Source of the DNA: Candidatus Woesebacteria bacterium RIFCSPHIGHO2_02_FULL_42_20
GTDB taxonomy: Bacteria > Patescibacteriota > Microgenomatia > UBA8517
DNA: 64,000 nt
Direction of reading: 5' to 3'
Assembly: GCA_001792535.1 (NCBI GenBank)
Contig: MGGS01000007.1
Location: 44 to 64,043 of the forward strand
This document shows positions 28,639-38,567 of this stretch, one piece after another. Positions within the stretch are counted from its first letter, which is position 1; every line of letters starts with the position of its first letter. Position numbers and translations under genes: made by a program. Under the pieces are notes generated by a model that worked only from the letters and a program-made list of their open reading frames with translations, searched no databases and had not been told where the DNA came from.

Positions 28639-29448
28639 TTATTCTAATTTAAAACTGGAAATATATTTGGCAAAGTCATTTAATGCCGCTTCGACTTCGT
28701 CTTCCGGATAGTTATTAGCAATCAGCGAAACAACAAAAATGTCATCCTTTTGATAAAACGCATAATAACGCTTTACTTGAGTATCTTCGCCTACTTCAGA
28801 CCTAAGTTCGACTCCTTTGACCTGCCTACCCAATATTTGTACATTCAAATAGTCCTCTGGTGATTCACTTTCACCAATAACCGCCAACCATTTATTTAAA
28901 CAGTCATCGTCGCCTGAACAGAAAATCGTTTCGCCTGTCTCGTCTGTAGGGTTGACTTTAACGCCCAGAATAACTACTGATGCAGGGTCATCCTCGCGAA
29001 CACCACCACTGAACGAAACATCATCCGACTGGCTGTAAAAAGTCTCCGGCAGATCAGTACCCGAAACTTTAATAAGCGAAAAATCCTGCGGATAAGCTAT
29101 TGTATAACCATACATTGTATTAACATAATAATTGGCCCCAGATATTACGTCGGTGGGTCCTGCATCGGTCTTCTGACCGGTGTCAGTTATCTTAGTAGCT
29201 GAGCCTTGGCCCATACGAGTCAAAAGAAAAGCTGCAACGGCTATTACTATAATCATCAATAAAAGCAGTAATACTTTCGGGGAACCGCGACGAGCGGACA
29301 CGGATGCAGTTGCCGGAGGCAATTTTTCAGGAGCGGGAGTCGTCACTGCAGCTACAGGTTTTTCTTGACTTGGTGTCTGCTGCGACCTCAGCTCACTTAG
29401 TTTAGCTTCAAGACCTTCTACTTTAGCCTCACTAGTATTTTGTTCCAT
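28639..29448 (-). CDS. Membrane-anchored hypothetical protein (PsbP-like domain)
   Basis: TM then YVNTMYGYTIAYPQDF...ISSFKLE pattern. Confidence 0.65.
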   Translation of the reverse strand: MEQNTSEAKVEGLEAKLSELRSQQTPSQEKPVAAVTTPAPEKLPPATASVSARRGSPKVLLLLLMIIVIAVAAFLLTRMGQGSATKITDTGQKTDAGPTDVISGANYYVNTMYGYTIAYPQDFSLIKVSGTDLPETFYSQSDDVSFSGGVREDDPASVVILGVKVNPTDETGETIFCSGDDDCLNKWLAVIGESESPEDYLNVQILGRQVKGVELRSEVGEDTQVKRYYAFYQKDDIFVVSLIANNYPEDEVEAALNDFAKYISSFKLE

Positions 29449-29475
29449 AAACACTCACCAAAACCATTATAGCAG

Positions 29476-29503
29476 AACCCAAAAAAACCGCGAGCTTTTG
29501 GGT
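29476..29503. terminator. Hairpin downstream of rplY
   Basis: ACCCAAAA...TTTTGGGT inverted repeat. Confidence 0.35.
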
Positions 29504-29517
29504 CGGGTTTGTAAACT

Positions 29518-30222
29518 CTATTTTTTACCAGAAGCATCTTTGGTCGAAAGGTTCTCCTGAACGTCTCCTTCAGTTTTTGCTTCTGGAGTCTCTTCGGCTT
29601 TTACTTCCCCTTCGGTCTGGGGAGCAGCTTCGCCTTCAGCCTTGGGTTGTTCGATTACTTCCTCTTTTTGTGGTGGCTCAACTTTGACTATAATGCTTTC
29701 AAGATCGGTCTTTATCTCAACCTTAAGTTTATCTACATCTAAGTCTTTAACAAAGATTGCCTGGTCAACCTCGATTAGTTTGGACACGTCAACAACAAAC
29801 TTTTCGGGCAAGTCCAGTGGGAGTGCGCGTACTTCAATCTCATTAAGCTGAGCAACGATCGTGCCAAGCCCGCTTTTTTCGGCAGGAGACTCTCCACTAA
29901 TTTCCACTGGCACAGTCGCGTTCACCTGCTCTTTTAAGTTAACCTGCAAGAAATCCGCATGAATCGGTTCACCCGACACCGGGTTTAGTTGAATATTATG
30001 AATAAGAACCGGTTTTTTAGAAGAACCGATCATAAGCTCGACAATCCCAGTCTCCCCTGCCTTTTTGTAAGCATCTTGAAATGCCTTAAGAGCCACACAC
30101 ACCGAAGCCGATTTGACACCTTTGCCATAAACTACTCCCGGCAGCAAGCCCACTTTTCTCAAAGTCTTTACTTTTCTACCGAGTATCTTACGCTCGTTTG
30201 CTTTTAAAATTATTTTGTCCAT
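29518..30222 (-). CDS. rplY: 50S ribosomal protein L25 (Ctc form)
   Basis: LRKVGLLPGVVYG, HADF, acidic tail. Confidence 0.95.
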   Translation of the reverse strand: MDKIILKANERKILGRKVKTLRKVGLLPGVVYGKGVKSASVCVALKAFQDAYKKAGETGIVELMIGSSKKPVLIHNIQLNPVSGEPIHADFLQVNLKEQVNATVPVEISGESPAEKSGLGTIVAQLNEIEVRALPLDLPEKFVVDVSKLIEVDQAIFVKDLDVDKLKVEIKTDLESIIVKVEPPQKEEVIEQPKAEGEAAPQTEGEVKAEETPEAKTEGDVQENLSTKDASGKK

Positions 30223-30225
30223 TTA

Positions 30226-32655
30226 TTAATAATTCGTCGAAACCGAAAAATCCCGCCTAAGATCTGTATTATAGAAAATACCATGGCCACCGGTCAAGGA
30301 GCCAGTTTCAAACTCCGTTTTTACGGTAACCGGCATACTAACAAAACCCGGCTGTTTAACAATATACAACTGATACTCCCTGGAGGTTTCGCTTCTTGGA
30401 ATTTTCCAAACATAACTAATAAGAAGCCCTGCCGTGTCTGTATTGTCAACAACGATTGACGTCTCTGATCTGTCACCGTAAATGACTTTGTTTCCAGAAA
30501 TTTCTTTTGACACGCCACCTTCTTTAGTAACTATTTTTACCAACTCGGAATTTTTTGGCGAAACAAGTCTTAGTTGTAATTTGCCCGGAGCCTTTTCACT
30601 TTTAACCCAATAAGTAAGAGTGTTTACTATTTCGTTTTGCCCCACCAGTGTGTTTAAACTTTGAGTCCTTTCAATTTTTGAGCTTTGATCCCCCTCCAGC
30701 CAGGACTCAATCACAGCATACATATTAAAATCACATTCACACCTTCTGGTGGGGAGGGTGCCGCCATACCCTGCAGAATTTAAAGCCGTCCTTGTACTAA
30801 AATTATTAAAGTATACCAATAAGTGTTTTTCATTTAGTGCACTTAAAGTCTGCCTTAAAACCGGTAAGTAAAGATTATTGGGAGTATCAACGACCACCTC
30901 GATAATATTTTTTGCCCAGTCAATTCTGGCGGCGGCGCTACTTTCTTGGGCTATCTGTTCCAAATTATAAAGACTGCTCAATCTGTTCATAAAAGTTGTA
31001 TCGACAGCAATAACTCCGCTAACTTTCTCGCCTATCTGTCTGTCCAAAAACCACTCAGCGACTTCGGCAGAAATATTAAAATCACTGCTCCAATTCGAGT
31101 CCTTCATCGACCAATAATTACTTCCTGAAAATATTTCAAAATCTTTTGGCGCTTTCACCACTCCCTTCAGCTGTTTATCAAGGCTGTCTATGCTGCTTAT
31201 TGAAAAGCTGTCAAAACGGCCGTTTTTAAAATTCACAATGCCGACAGCGTACACCAAACCCCCGGAGGGTCTTGGAACGGTACTATTTTGAAAAAGCACC
31301 ATGTACGAGCTGTGGCCACTTGACTCAAGTAGATTTTTTAAATCCAAACCAATTTGTCTGCCCACAATTGCCAGTCTGCTAACATCGCCGCTTTCCCCCG
31401 CAAACGCCAAGTCCTTGTATAGAGAGTCTGAATCAAGATAAATATCTTCTGACAGCCTATCGATGCTTTCTTCCTTTCTCCCCAAAACAAGATCTATTAA
31501 AGAAAAGTTGTCTTTCAGTAACTTTTGCATCGACCGGTCTATTTGTGTAACTAGTTTAAAAGTATAAAAACTGTCCAGTTTTTGCTCGTAAACTGGCCTT
31601 AGCAATGGATAGTCTTCATAGCTCTTCTGAAGTCTTCTAAACGAATAGTCCGCTAATTTGACGCTTGCCGAAGATAGCTGGGTAGCAAGACCAACGGATC
31701 CGTACTTTATAAAAATGCGAGACATACCTAAAAAATAATTGGCGAGTGACATCGGCAGCAGCGGTAACACAAAAAACCAAAAGAGCAAAGCCGTAACAGT
31801 CAAAAGGGTACAAAATCTAAAACCACCTTTCAGTTTCACACCTTTGCTATCAGCTTTTTTAACTAATTTTGCTTTTGGAATAATGGGTTTTGGCTTTTCA
31901 TTAACGTCCTTCAGAACAACAAGTGCGGGTTTTTTCGCCTCAAAGTTTAATTGATCAAAGTCGTTTTTCAATTCGGCAAAGTTAGCCCTAGCAAATTTCT
32001 GAACAACTGGCGGAGAAGATAAAATAGGGCTCGCAACTATTTTAGGGTCAGTCAAACTATAACCGCAAGACTTTGCTAATTCAAGGCCGAAAATTTCCGA
32101 ACTCATCTCTTCGGCAAAAAAATTTTCGTTGCCGTTAGAGAACGAAAAAGTGTGTTTTAATATAAACTCGGCAGTTTTTTTTGCAGGTGCGATAAACAAT
32201 TCGAGGTCTTTTTCATATTTTACAAGCCTGCCAAAATGTGTAATTTCACGCAAAAGAGCGTTTGCGGGGAATCTATTATGCCTTGCATATTCATCACCAA
32301 TAACTTCTCCTATATAGAAATTAATTACAGCTTCATCCTGGACTGCCCCGGTAACCAACCTTTGCTCCTCTAAATCATAGATACTTTTGACAGCGACAGT
32401 TTTACAATTTGCACTGACTACTGTCAATTTGGCTAAATTAACATTTCCAAAAACAAAAACGTAATTAAACACAACATTTGCAGGAATCGACGTTGAAACG
32501 ACAATGTTTACCCCGAGCACTTCCGTTGGCAAATGTTTTATCCAAGAGTCCGTCCGTGCAGATTTTATATACACTTTTGCACCACCCGCGATAAGTTTTA
32601 CAACAAGACCACAAGCAACTAAATTATATTCTGACTCCACAAAAATGTTTGGCAT
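30226..32655 (-). CDS. DUF4012 domain membrane protein
   Basis: YMVLFQNS...RPSGG, MKDSNWSSDF, GVIAVD, KQPG. Confidence 0.75.
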   Translation of the reverse strand: MPNIFVESEYNLVACGLVVKLIAGGAKVYIKSARTDSWIKHLPTEVLGVNIVVSTSIPANVVFNYVFVFGNVNLAKLTVVSANCKTVAVKSIYDLEEQRLVTGAVQDEAVINFYIGEVIGDEYARHNRFPANALLREITHFGRLVKYEKDLELFIAPAKKTAEFILKHTFSFSNGNENFFAEEMSSEIFGLELAKSCGYSLTDPKIVASPILSSPPVVQKFARANFAELKNDFDQLNFEAKKPALVVLKDVNEKPKPIIPKAKLVKKADSKGVKLKGGFRFCTLLTVTALLFWFFVLPLLPMSLANYFLGMSRIFIKYGSVGLATQLSSASVKLADYSFRRLQKSYEDYPLLRPVYEQKLDSFYTFKLVTQIDRSMQKLLKDNFSLIDLVLGRKEESIDRLSEDIYLDSDSLYKDLAFAGESGDVSRLAIVGRQIGLDLKNLLESSGHSSYMVLFQNSTVPRPSGGLVYAVGIVNFKNGRFDSFSISSIDSLDKQLKGVVKAPKDFEIFSGSNYWSMKDSNWSSDFNISAEVAEWFLDRQIGEKVSGVIAVDTTFMNRLSSLYNLEQIAQESSAAARIDWAKNIIEVVVDTPNNLYLPVLRQTLSALNEKHLLVYFNNFSTRTALNSAGYGGTLPTRRCECDFNMYAVIESWLEGDQSSKIERTQSLNTLVGQNEIVNTLTYWVKSEKAPGKLQLRLVSPKNSELVKIVTKEGGVSKEISGNKVIYGDRSETSIVVDNTDTAGLLISYVWKIPRSETSREYQLYIVKQPGFVSMPVTVKTEFETGSLTGGHGIFYNTDLRRDFSVSTNY

Positions 32656-32752
32656 TCACATTTAATATACTTCATTTCCAAACAAGCATTCCAGAAGAAG
32701 TCCATTAAGCGCAGGAAGTAAGCAAACCTTTACACAAAAATTTAAAAGTCTT

Positions 32753-33184
32753 TCAAGTGACAGCGGCTACTTTATCAAGCTCACTATTAACCAGCGCATC
32801 GGCAAGTGTATTCCGTTCGCGAGGAATATAATTATAGACCGCTTGGTAACTTGCTAGTGCGACCAATTGTTTGGTCTTGCTGACTATAGACTTAAGGTGT
32901 GACGATTTTATTTTGAAATTGCCGTTCAGCTGGTTGACCACGAGTTGAGAGTCGACAAAAAACTCCACCTTTGCTGGCTTTTCTGCCAAATTTCTCTGCA
33001 ACCATTCGTGTGCCATAAGTACTGCTGTATGCTCTGCGACATTATTAGTGGTAATTTCTAAAAATTTCGACTCCTGGTAAATTTTTTTCTTCTTGGAATC
33101 GAAAACAATAAAACCACCGGCTGCATGCCCCGGATTACCCCGCGACGCTCCATCTGTATAAATAATTAAATGATTAGAAAGCAT
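32753..33184 (-). CDS. rnhA: Ribonuclease HI
   Basis: YTDGASRGNPG, TNNVAE, DSQLVVNQ, N..AD. Confidence 0.92.
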   Translation of the reverse strand: MLSNHLIIYTDGASRGNPGHAAGGFIVFDSKKKKIYQESKFLEITTNNVAEHTAVLMAHEWLQRNLAEKPAKVEFFVDSQLVVNQLNGNFKIKSSHLKSIVSKTKQLVALASYQAVYNYIPRERNTLADALVNSELDKVAAVT

Positions 33185-33191
33185 TGAAGGC

Positions 33192-33647
33192 TCATTTTTT
33201 CGGCTTGACTACCAAGTATCTTTCTTTACCCTCACCAAAAGACTCGGTACTAATAGTCTTTTCATTTGCCAAATACATGTGGATTGTCCGCCTTTGACCG
33301 GCATTTAAATTGTATAACGGCTGACCTTCACCTGTAGCCTTCGCCCTGCTCACCGCACTTGCCGCCAACGACTTCAAATAATCATCCTGTTTTTCCCGCC
33401 AGTCCCCGACGTTTACCACAACTCTATACCACTCGCCCGTTTTATTTTTTAAAGCCAAGGTCAAAAAAGTTTGAATCCCGTTTAGGGTGTCTCCTCTATA
33501 GCCAATAAGCAAACCCTTATATTTTTCGCTGTCAAGAGAAACACTCAGGGTCTCCCCTTGGGTGCTTAAACTTATTTTCGCCTCCACTCCCAGTAAGTCC
33601 ATGAGTTCCTCAGTTAATTTTTTGGTTTTGTCAATTGGAAGCTTCAT
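33192..33647 (-). CDS. jag: Jag/KhpB RNA-binding protein (KH + R3H)
   Basis: LIGYRGDTL, RRTIH, SFGEGKER; synteny with yidC. Confidence 0.9.
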   Translation of the reverse strand: MKLPIDKTKKLTEELMDLLGVEAKISLSTQGETLSVSLDSEKYKGLLIGYRGDTLNGIQTFLTLALKNKTGEWYRVVVNVGDWREKQDDYLKSLAASAVSRAKATGEGQPLYNLNAGQRRTIHMYLANEKTISTESFGEGKERYLVVKPKK

Positions 33648-33650
33648 ACC

Positions 33651-34463
33651 TCACGATTTTAGCATTTTTACCTTCTTAATCCAAGGAGTAAGACCTCCCC
33701 ACCCTGAAGAGCGGTATTGCGAAACTACCTGAAAAAGTGAAAACAAAAACCAATAAATCGCCAGTCCCGATGGGAAACTCATACCAATCAAAAGTGTAAA
33801 GATGGGAAAAGTTATAAGCGACGACTTCTGAAAGGCCGCACTAAAATCATCCGACCCTTGTGGTGTCTTTTGTGCCAACTTCTGTTCGCCTTCCACATAA
33901 GGGGTCATTATTTTTGCGGAAAGTACCTGAACAAAGGCAGCCAAAAACAAAACCGGACCTGGCAACGAAATTGGAAAACCGGGAATGGTAATTATATCAG
34001 GCTTGGTAACGTCTAAAAAAAGAAATTTTGTGTTAAGCACCGCGTCCCCGGAAAACCTTAATGGCTCAATTAACAAAGTGTTGATATTGTTTATCACTTC
34101 GCCGTCCCCCGACAGGACTCTGTTAAAAACATTGAACAATGCTATTAAAACAACTATTTGCAGTAAATACGGCAAACAACCCGCGGCAGGATTAATCCCT
34201 TTTTGTTTATAAAAATCTGCAGTGGCAGTCGCTTGTTTTTGTTTGTCGTTTGCGTGTCTTTTTTTAATCTTATTTATTTCTTTGGCATACTCCCGCATTT
34301 TTTTCATCGACTGCATATACGGCTTGGTCAGTGGATTTAAAATTATTCGCAACAAAACCGTGAAGCCAATAATGGCAAGGCCCATGTTCCCAAAAAGAAC
34401 TTTATAAAACACAATAAGTCCGTTGGTTAGAGGTTGTACAAGCAGTACTGTAAAAATATCCAT
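33651..34463 (-). CDS. yidC: Membrane protein insertase YidC
   Basis: INPAAGCLPYLLQ, FPSGLAIYW. Confidence 0.93.
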   Translation of the reverse strand: MDIFTVLLVQPLTNGLIVFYKVLFGNMGLAIIGFTVLLRIILNPLTKPYMQSMKKMREYAKEINKIKKRHANDKQKQATATADFYKQKGINPAAGCLPYLLQIVVLIALFNVFNRVLSGDGEVINNINTLLIEPLRFSGDAVLNTKFLFLDVTKPDIITIPGFPISLPGPVLFLAAFVQVLSAKIMTPYVEGEQKLAQKTPQGSDDFSAAFQKSSLITFPIFTLLIGMSFPSGLAIYWFLFSLFQVVSQYRSSGWGGLTPWIKKVKMLKS

Positions 34464-34481
34464 AGTATTAATTTTCAATTT

Positions 34482-34691
34482 TCAAACTGGGTCCCAGCCG
34501 AAGCCGCCAAAAGGGTTGCATTTGATTAACCTTCCTAGCGACATAAAACCGCCTCTAAAAACGCCATACTTTCGTAGTGCCTGATGACAATACTCGGAGC
34601 ACGAGGGTTCAAACCGACATCCGCTTCCAAAACTGGCCTTCAAAAATCTTGAAAGGTATTTTTTGTAAAATATAAACATCTTTGTCTTCAT
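34482..34691 (-). CDS. yidD: Membrane protein insertion efficiency factor YidD
   Basis: CRFEPSCSEY, RLIKCNPF, GWDPV. Confidence 0.93.
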   Translation of the reverse strand: MKTKMFIFYKKYLSRFLKASFGSGCRFEPSCSEYCHQALRKYGVFRGGFMSLGRLIKCNPFGGFGWDPV

Positions 34692-35035
34692 TTTATCAGT
34701 AACTGCGCTCTTTCCAGCAAGTTCTTGATACAGCTGTCAACCGTCGCCCTATCTTTATCAATAATAGAAGTTTTTGTCAAAAATACAATGTCAAAACCTT
34801 TTTTAATCTTCCTTATTTGCTTCCTCAGTGACTCCCTCACCATCCTCTTTATTCTGTTTCGCTCTACAGCCTTTTTGGATATCTTTAACGAAACAATTAT
34901 CCCTATCCTTGTTGGTAGCTTTTCACTTCTAGTGTAAACAGACAGGCCAAGCGGGCCACTGTTGAACAGCTTTCCTTTACGTTTTACGTTTTCGAAGTTA
35001 AACCTGCCGACGAGTCTATTTTCGCGAGGTAACAC
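34688..35035 (-). CDS. rnpA: Ribonuclease P protein component
   Basis: [11 protein letters not shown] (RNR motif). Confidence 0.95.
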   Translation of the reverse strand: MLPRENRLVGRFNFENVKRKGKLFNSGPLGLSVYTRSEKLPTRIGIIVSLKISKKAVERNRIKRMVRESLRKQIRKIKKGFDIVFLTKTSIIDKDRATVDSCIKNLLERAQLLIK

Positions 35036-35168
35036 TCAAAATTTTCCTTCCTTTAAGTCTTTTTCGCTTTAAAACATTTCTACCGGACTTGGTCGACATT
35101 CGCCTTCGAAAGCCAAATTTTCTCACCCGCCTGATTTTGCTCGGCTGATAAGTTCTTTTGGTTGACAT
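35016..35168 (-). CDS. rpmH: 50S ribosomal protein L34 (copy 1)
   Basis: Manual translation [50 protein letters not shown]. Confidence 0.95.
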   Translation of the reverse strand: MSTKRTYQPSKIRRVRKFGFRRRMSTKSGRNVLKRKRLKGRKILSVTSRK

Positions 35169-35229
35169 GGAGCTATTATACTAAAAATTGTCGCTGTTGA
35201 AAACATCAAGGTCCATAAAGTTCGGAACA

Positions 35230-35421
35230 AGGAGTAATTTTTTCATTAGCCAGTTTGAATTTTTCAATACTGCCGTCAAACTCCCACCATTTGTCTTTTG
35301 ACCAACTTCATACTCGAACTGTTCTTGGCTTAATATCTTTTCTACAAACCTTACAGCGATACTCAGCATTACTTAATTTCCAGAACTTTTTACCCTTACA
35401 TTTAATACAAACGAGTTTCAT
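35230..35421 (-). pseudogene. Zn-ribbon remnant resembling an IS1595-type transposase N-terminus
   Basis: MKLVCIKCKGKKFWKLSNAEYRCKVCRKDIK... with stop at 35308-35310. Confidence 0.45.
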
Positions 35422-35483
35422 AGCCCGATTATACCGTAATATCGTAACTTTCTAATATTTAAAGGTGCTAGTTAATGTATATT

Positions 35484-36421
35484 GAACCCGTTTCAAAACT
35501 CCATTAAGAATATTTGACAAATAAAAATAGGCAGTGCTAGCCTCAAATGTGAATTAGAAATGAGGTGATTAACACTGCCCAATTCATATAATACAGATGT
35601 TCTTTCAGAGGCTCAACTTGAATATTTGGCTTCAAATCTTCCCAAACCCAAGGCAGACACCGGAAGACCAAGTTATTCAAACAGAGAGCTTTTACCCGGG
35701 ATTTTAAGAGTATTAAGGAGTGGCATGAGATGGAGGGACTTGGATGACAAAAGGTTTGCCTCAGGAGTTACACACTGGAGAAGAATGAGGTTTTGGCAGA
35801 TAAGGTTCGGACTTAGGAATGTTTTGAGATTTGTACTTGATAAACTAAAGGTACAAAGAAGGCTGAACCTAAGTATGGCCTCAATTGATGGATCACTAAT
35901 ACCCAGCTTTAACTTTTTTGACACAACCGGATATTCTGGTAAGTATAAAAAGACAGGAACTAAAATATCAACCCTGGTAGACTTTTGTGGGACCCCTTTT
36001 AATGTTGTCTTTGCTTCAGGAGAAAAACATGATATGCCTCTTGCCATGCCAACCATAGCAAATAATTCTGTTGGAAAGCCTGGAACAATCATAGCTGATA
36101 AAGGGTATGATTCTGATAAGTTCAGGTTCAAATTAAAACAAAATGGAATTAATACCAATATTCCAATAAGGAATATTAAAAACAGAAAAAAGCAAGAAAA
36201 CTACAACATTCCACTCGGAAAAATAAGGTTTAAGATAGAAAGAACAAATGCTTGGATAAAAAGTTTCAGAAGACTTCATTTCAGGTTTGATTACACTCTG
36301 GCTTCATTCCAAGCATTAACATACTTGGCCTTAATAGTAATCTGCTTAAGAAAGCTGGTGTAAAAACATCAATTTTCCAAAGAAGATTAACCTAACATCC
36401 ACATAGTTTTGAAACCAGTTC
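35484..36421 (+). mobile_element. IS5 family insertion sequence, apparently intact (938 bp)
   Basis: TIRs GAACCCGTTTCAAAACT / AGTTTTGAAACCAGTTC (15/17 match), ATT target duplication on both sides. Confidence 0.88.
35575..36363 (+). CDS. IS5 family DDE transposase
   Basis: LRSGMRWRDL, SIDGS, IADKGYDS, RFKIERTNAW; probable CTG start after GAGGTG. Confidence 0.9.
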   Translation: MPNSYNTDVLSEAQLEYLASNLPKPKADTGRPSYSNRELLPGILRVLRSGMRWRDLDDKRFASGVTHWRRMRFWQIRFGLRNVLRFVLDKLKVQRRLNLSMASIDGSLIPSFNFFDTTGYSGKYKKTGTKISTLVDFCGTPFNVVFASGEKHDMPLAMPTIANNSVGKPGTIIADKGYDSDKFRFKLKQNGINTNIPIRNIKNRKKQENYNIPLGKIRFKIERTNAWIKSFRRLHFRFDYTLASFQALTYLALIVICLRKLV

Positions 36422-36429
36422 ATTACCCT

Positions 36430-36882
36430 TATCTATTTGGAATAAGCGTTGTTTGGTATATGGCAATTGCAAGTGTTTTGGGTTTTGTAACTAATTTCTG
36501 GATAGCGAGGAAACTGGGTGAACCTATTTTAAGACACCTTGTAGATAAACAGTCCATTAGTCGTGTTAATAAGTTGGTAGCCAACTATGGAAGGCTTTCT
36601 TTATTGTTCTCCAGAGTTTTTTTGGGAGGGTTTAATAATGTGGTATCGTACGCTGCAGGTTTGACCTCGATGAGTTTTAAAGACTGTTTTCTTATATCTT
36701 TCTTCGGCATAATTCCAGGCACGTTTGTATGGTTTATGCTGGCAAAAGATGCAGATTCTCCGGAGGAATTTACTATTTTGTCTGTCGGAATGTCTTATAT
36801 AATGTTCGTATTCTTTGCAAGCAGGTTGGTTGTTGGAAAATTGAAGAACGGGCGTTTCAGGGAAAAGGCCGGGGTAGGTTAA
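36430..36882 (+). pseudogene. VTT/DedA (SNARE-associated) membrane protein, 5'-truncated
   Basis: NFWIARKLG, VSYAAGLT, GIIPG; upstream frame is closed even after removing the IS5. Confidence 0.6.
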
Positions 36883-37091
36883 TTTCTGGTTAAGGGGTGG
36901 CAGGCGGATATTGGAACGCGGATCTGCGAAACTATCTCGGCGGCGGCTTGGTTGCCTACCCCCAGCTCCATTGCGTCTTTATATGCGTCGTCGATAGCTG
37001 GAAGATTACTACATACATCCTGTACGCACCATTTGCCTTTGTAAAATGGACAAAGCACGGGATACCTTCCAGCATATCCAGTTTCAGCCAT
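36879..37091 (-). CDS. Small Cys-containing hypothetical protein
   Basis: 70-aa ORF from ATG 37091, TATAAT 7 nt upstream. Confidence 0.45.
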   Translation of the reverse strand: MAETGYAGRYPVLCPFYKGKWCVQDVCSNLPAIDDAYKDAMELGVGNQAAAEIVSQIRVPISACHPLTRN

Positions 37092-37122
37092 AACGACATT
37101 ATAGAATATTAGGTAAAAATAG

Positions 37123-37443
37123 TCAAAAGTTTGTACGGGCCCAGTACTTTTTCGACATTCCTCCTTTCGTATACAGATACTCAAGTGGTGTCATGTAGTT
37201 TAGTGATTGGTGTACTCTTTGGCTATTGAAGAATAACAAATAATCTGTAAGTTTTACAGAGAAAGCTTTGGATTCGTGAATGAGGTGCAGGTTTTGGTCG
37301 ATAAACTCCTCTTGAATTGTTCTGTTGAATCTCTCAACAACTCCGTTGATCTTGGGGCATCTTGGATATGTAAAGACATGTGCAACACCTTGTGCCCCAA
37401 GGTAGGCATCAAATACTCCCAGGAATTCGAGGCCATTGTCTGT
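37123..37443 (-). mobile_element. IS481-like transposase 3' remnant
   Basis: TDNGLEF...(frameshift) YPRCPKINGVVERFNRTIQEEF...RVHQSLNYMTP; TGT terminus at 37132. Confidence 0.75.
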
Positions 37444-37562
37444 CTTCCATCTTCCCTATTATATACAGACAGGCCAAGCGGGCCACTGTTGAACAGCTTT
37501 CCTTTACGTTTTACGTTTTCGAAGTTAAACCTGCCGACGAGTCTATTTTCGCGAGGTAACAC
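37444..37562 (-). pseudogene. rnpA: rnpA 5' fragment (second copy)
   Basis: Identical to rnpA through ...GPLGLSV, then diverges and joins the IS remnant. Confidence 0.85.
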
Positions 37563-37695
37563 TCAAAATTTTCCTTCCTTTAAGTCTTTTTCGCTTTAAA
37601 ACATTTCTACCGGACTTGGTCGACATTCGCCTTCGAAAGCCAAATTTTCTCACCCGCCTGATTTTGCTCGGCTGATAAGTTCTTTTGGTTGACAT
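37465..37695. repeat. 231-bp direct repeat of 34938..35168
   Basis: Apparently identical by eye; offset 2527 bp. Confidence 0.9.
37543..37695 (-). CDS. rpmH: 50S ribosomal protein L34 (copy 2)
   Basis: Same sequence as copy 1; own upstream TACAAT box. Confidence 0.85.
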   Translation of the reverse strand: MSTKRTYQPSKIRRVRKFGFRRRMSTKSGRNVLKRKRLKGRKILSVTSRK

Positions 37696-37743
37696 CAACG
37701 TATTGTACCAAATACTTCTGATCTACTCAATCTCAAAAAGCAT

Positions 37744-38537
37744 TTACAACAATTGCGGTTGCAGATCTGTACCACGGGGGAAATCGCGCAAGAAACCGTT
37801 GCTTAAAGCTGTCTTTTCAAGGTTTTTAATCTCATTAATCTCACTTCTGTAGTCGAAAGGATCAGACGCGAAGACCCGATCCCAAATATAACTTGCAGAT
37901 AGGTCTTTGTTGTCGACGGCCAAGACCTCTCCCCCCACAATCTCCATTTGCCGTTCATATTCAGGTACTAATCTATGCCCGAATTCGCAACCCAGCATGT
38001 TGATACCAAGTCTTCGGTAGATATCCAAGAATTCTTCGCTTTGCCCTGATTCAAGGGGTAAAACAAAAACTGTTTTCCTCCCACCTTAGCACTGAGACGT
38101 GCATGGCCCATATGCGGGGGGTCAAAAGCACCATGTACCAAGCCAACTTTGCCCCCCATATTATGTAGCTCGTCTGCACGTTTTACTACCTCATCCCAAG
38201 TTTTATACTTTCCACTGGCTTCCAAACTTGCCTCGGGTTTACGAAAATATCCGTCTCTTATCAAAACCAGTTCTCGACTTGTTACCAGACCGAATTCCTT
38301 ACCTAAAAATTCTATGAAAGGAAGTATTAATAAATGTTGGATAGGGTTTTGGGGATAGGTTTTATATCGAGGCTTATACATACCAATTAAATACTCCAAG
38401 AAAAGCCCGCGCTGTTTGCTCAACAAGGGACAATAGACATTTAATACCAGAAGCTTGTCTCTCAACAACTTCAAATTATCTCTGCTAAAAAAATTGGCTT
38501 CAAAATTGTCCGCAGGAACTTTCGCCTCAACTGTCAT
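37744..38537 (-). pseudogene. Cytidylyltransferase-like (HxGH) protein, frameshifted or internally deleted
   Basis: VGLVHGAFDPPHMGHARL; continues in a different frame (37744..38028). Confidence 0.6.
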
Positions 38538-38567
38538 ACTCGCAAATGAAGTCAAGTATACAACATC

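Noticed and set aside
37254-37562. 102-aa ORF as a second functional RNase P protein
   Set aside because: Lacks the RNR motif; its C-terminus is out-of-frame IS481-like sequence
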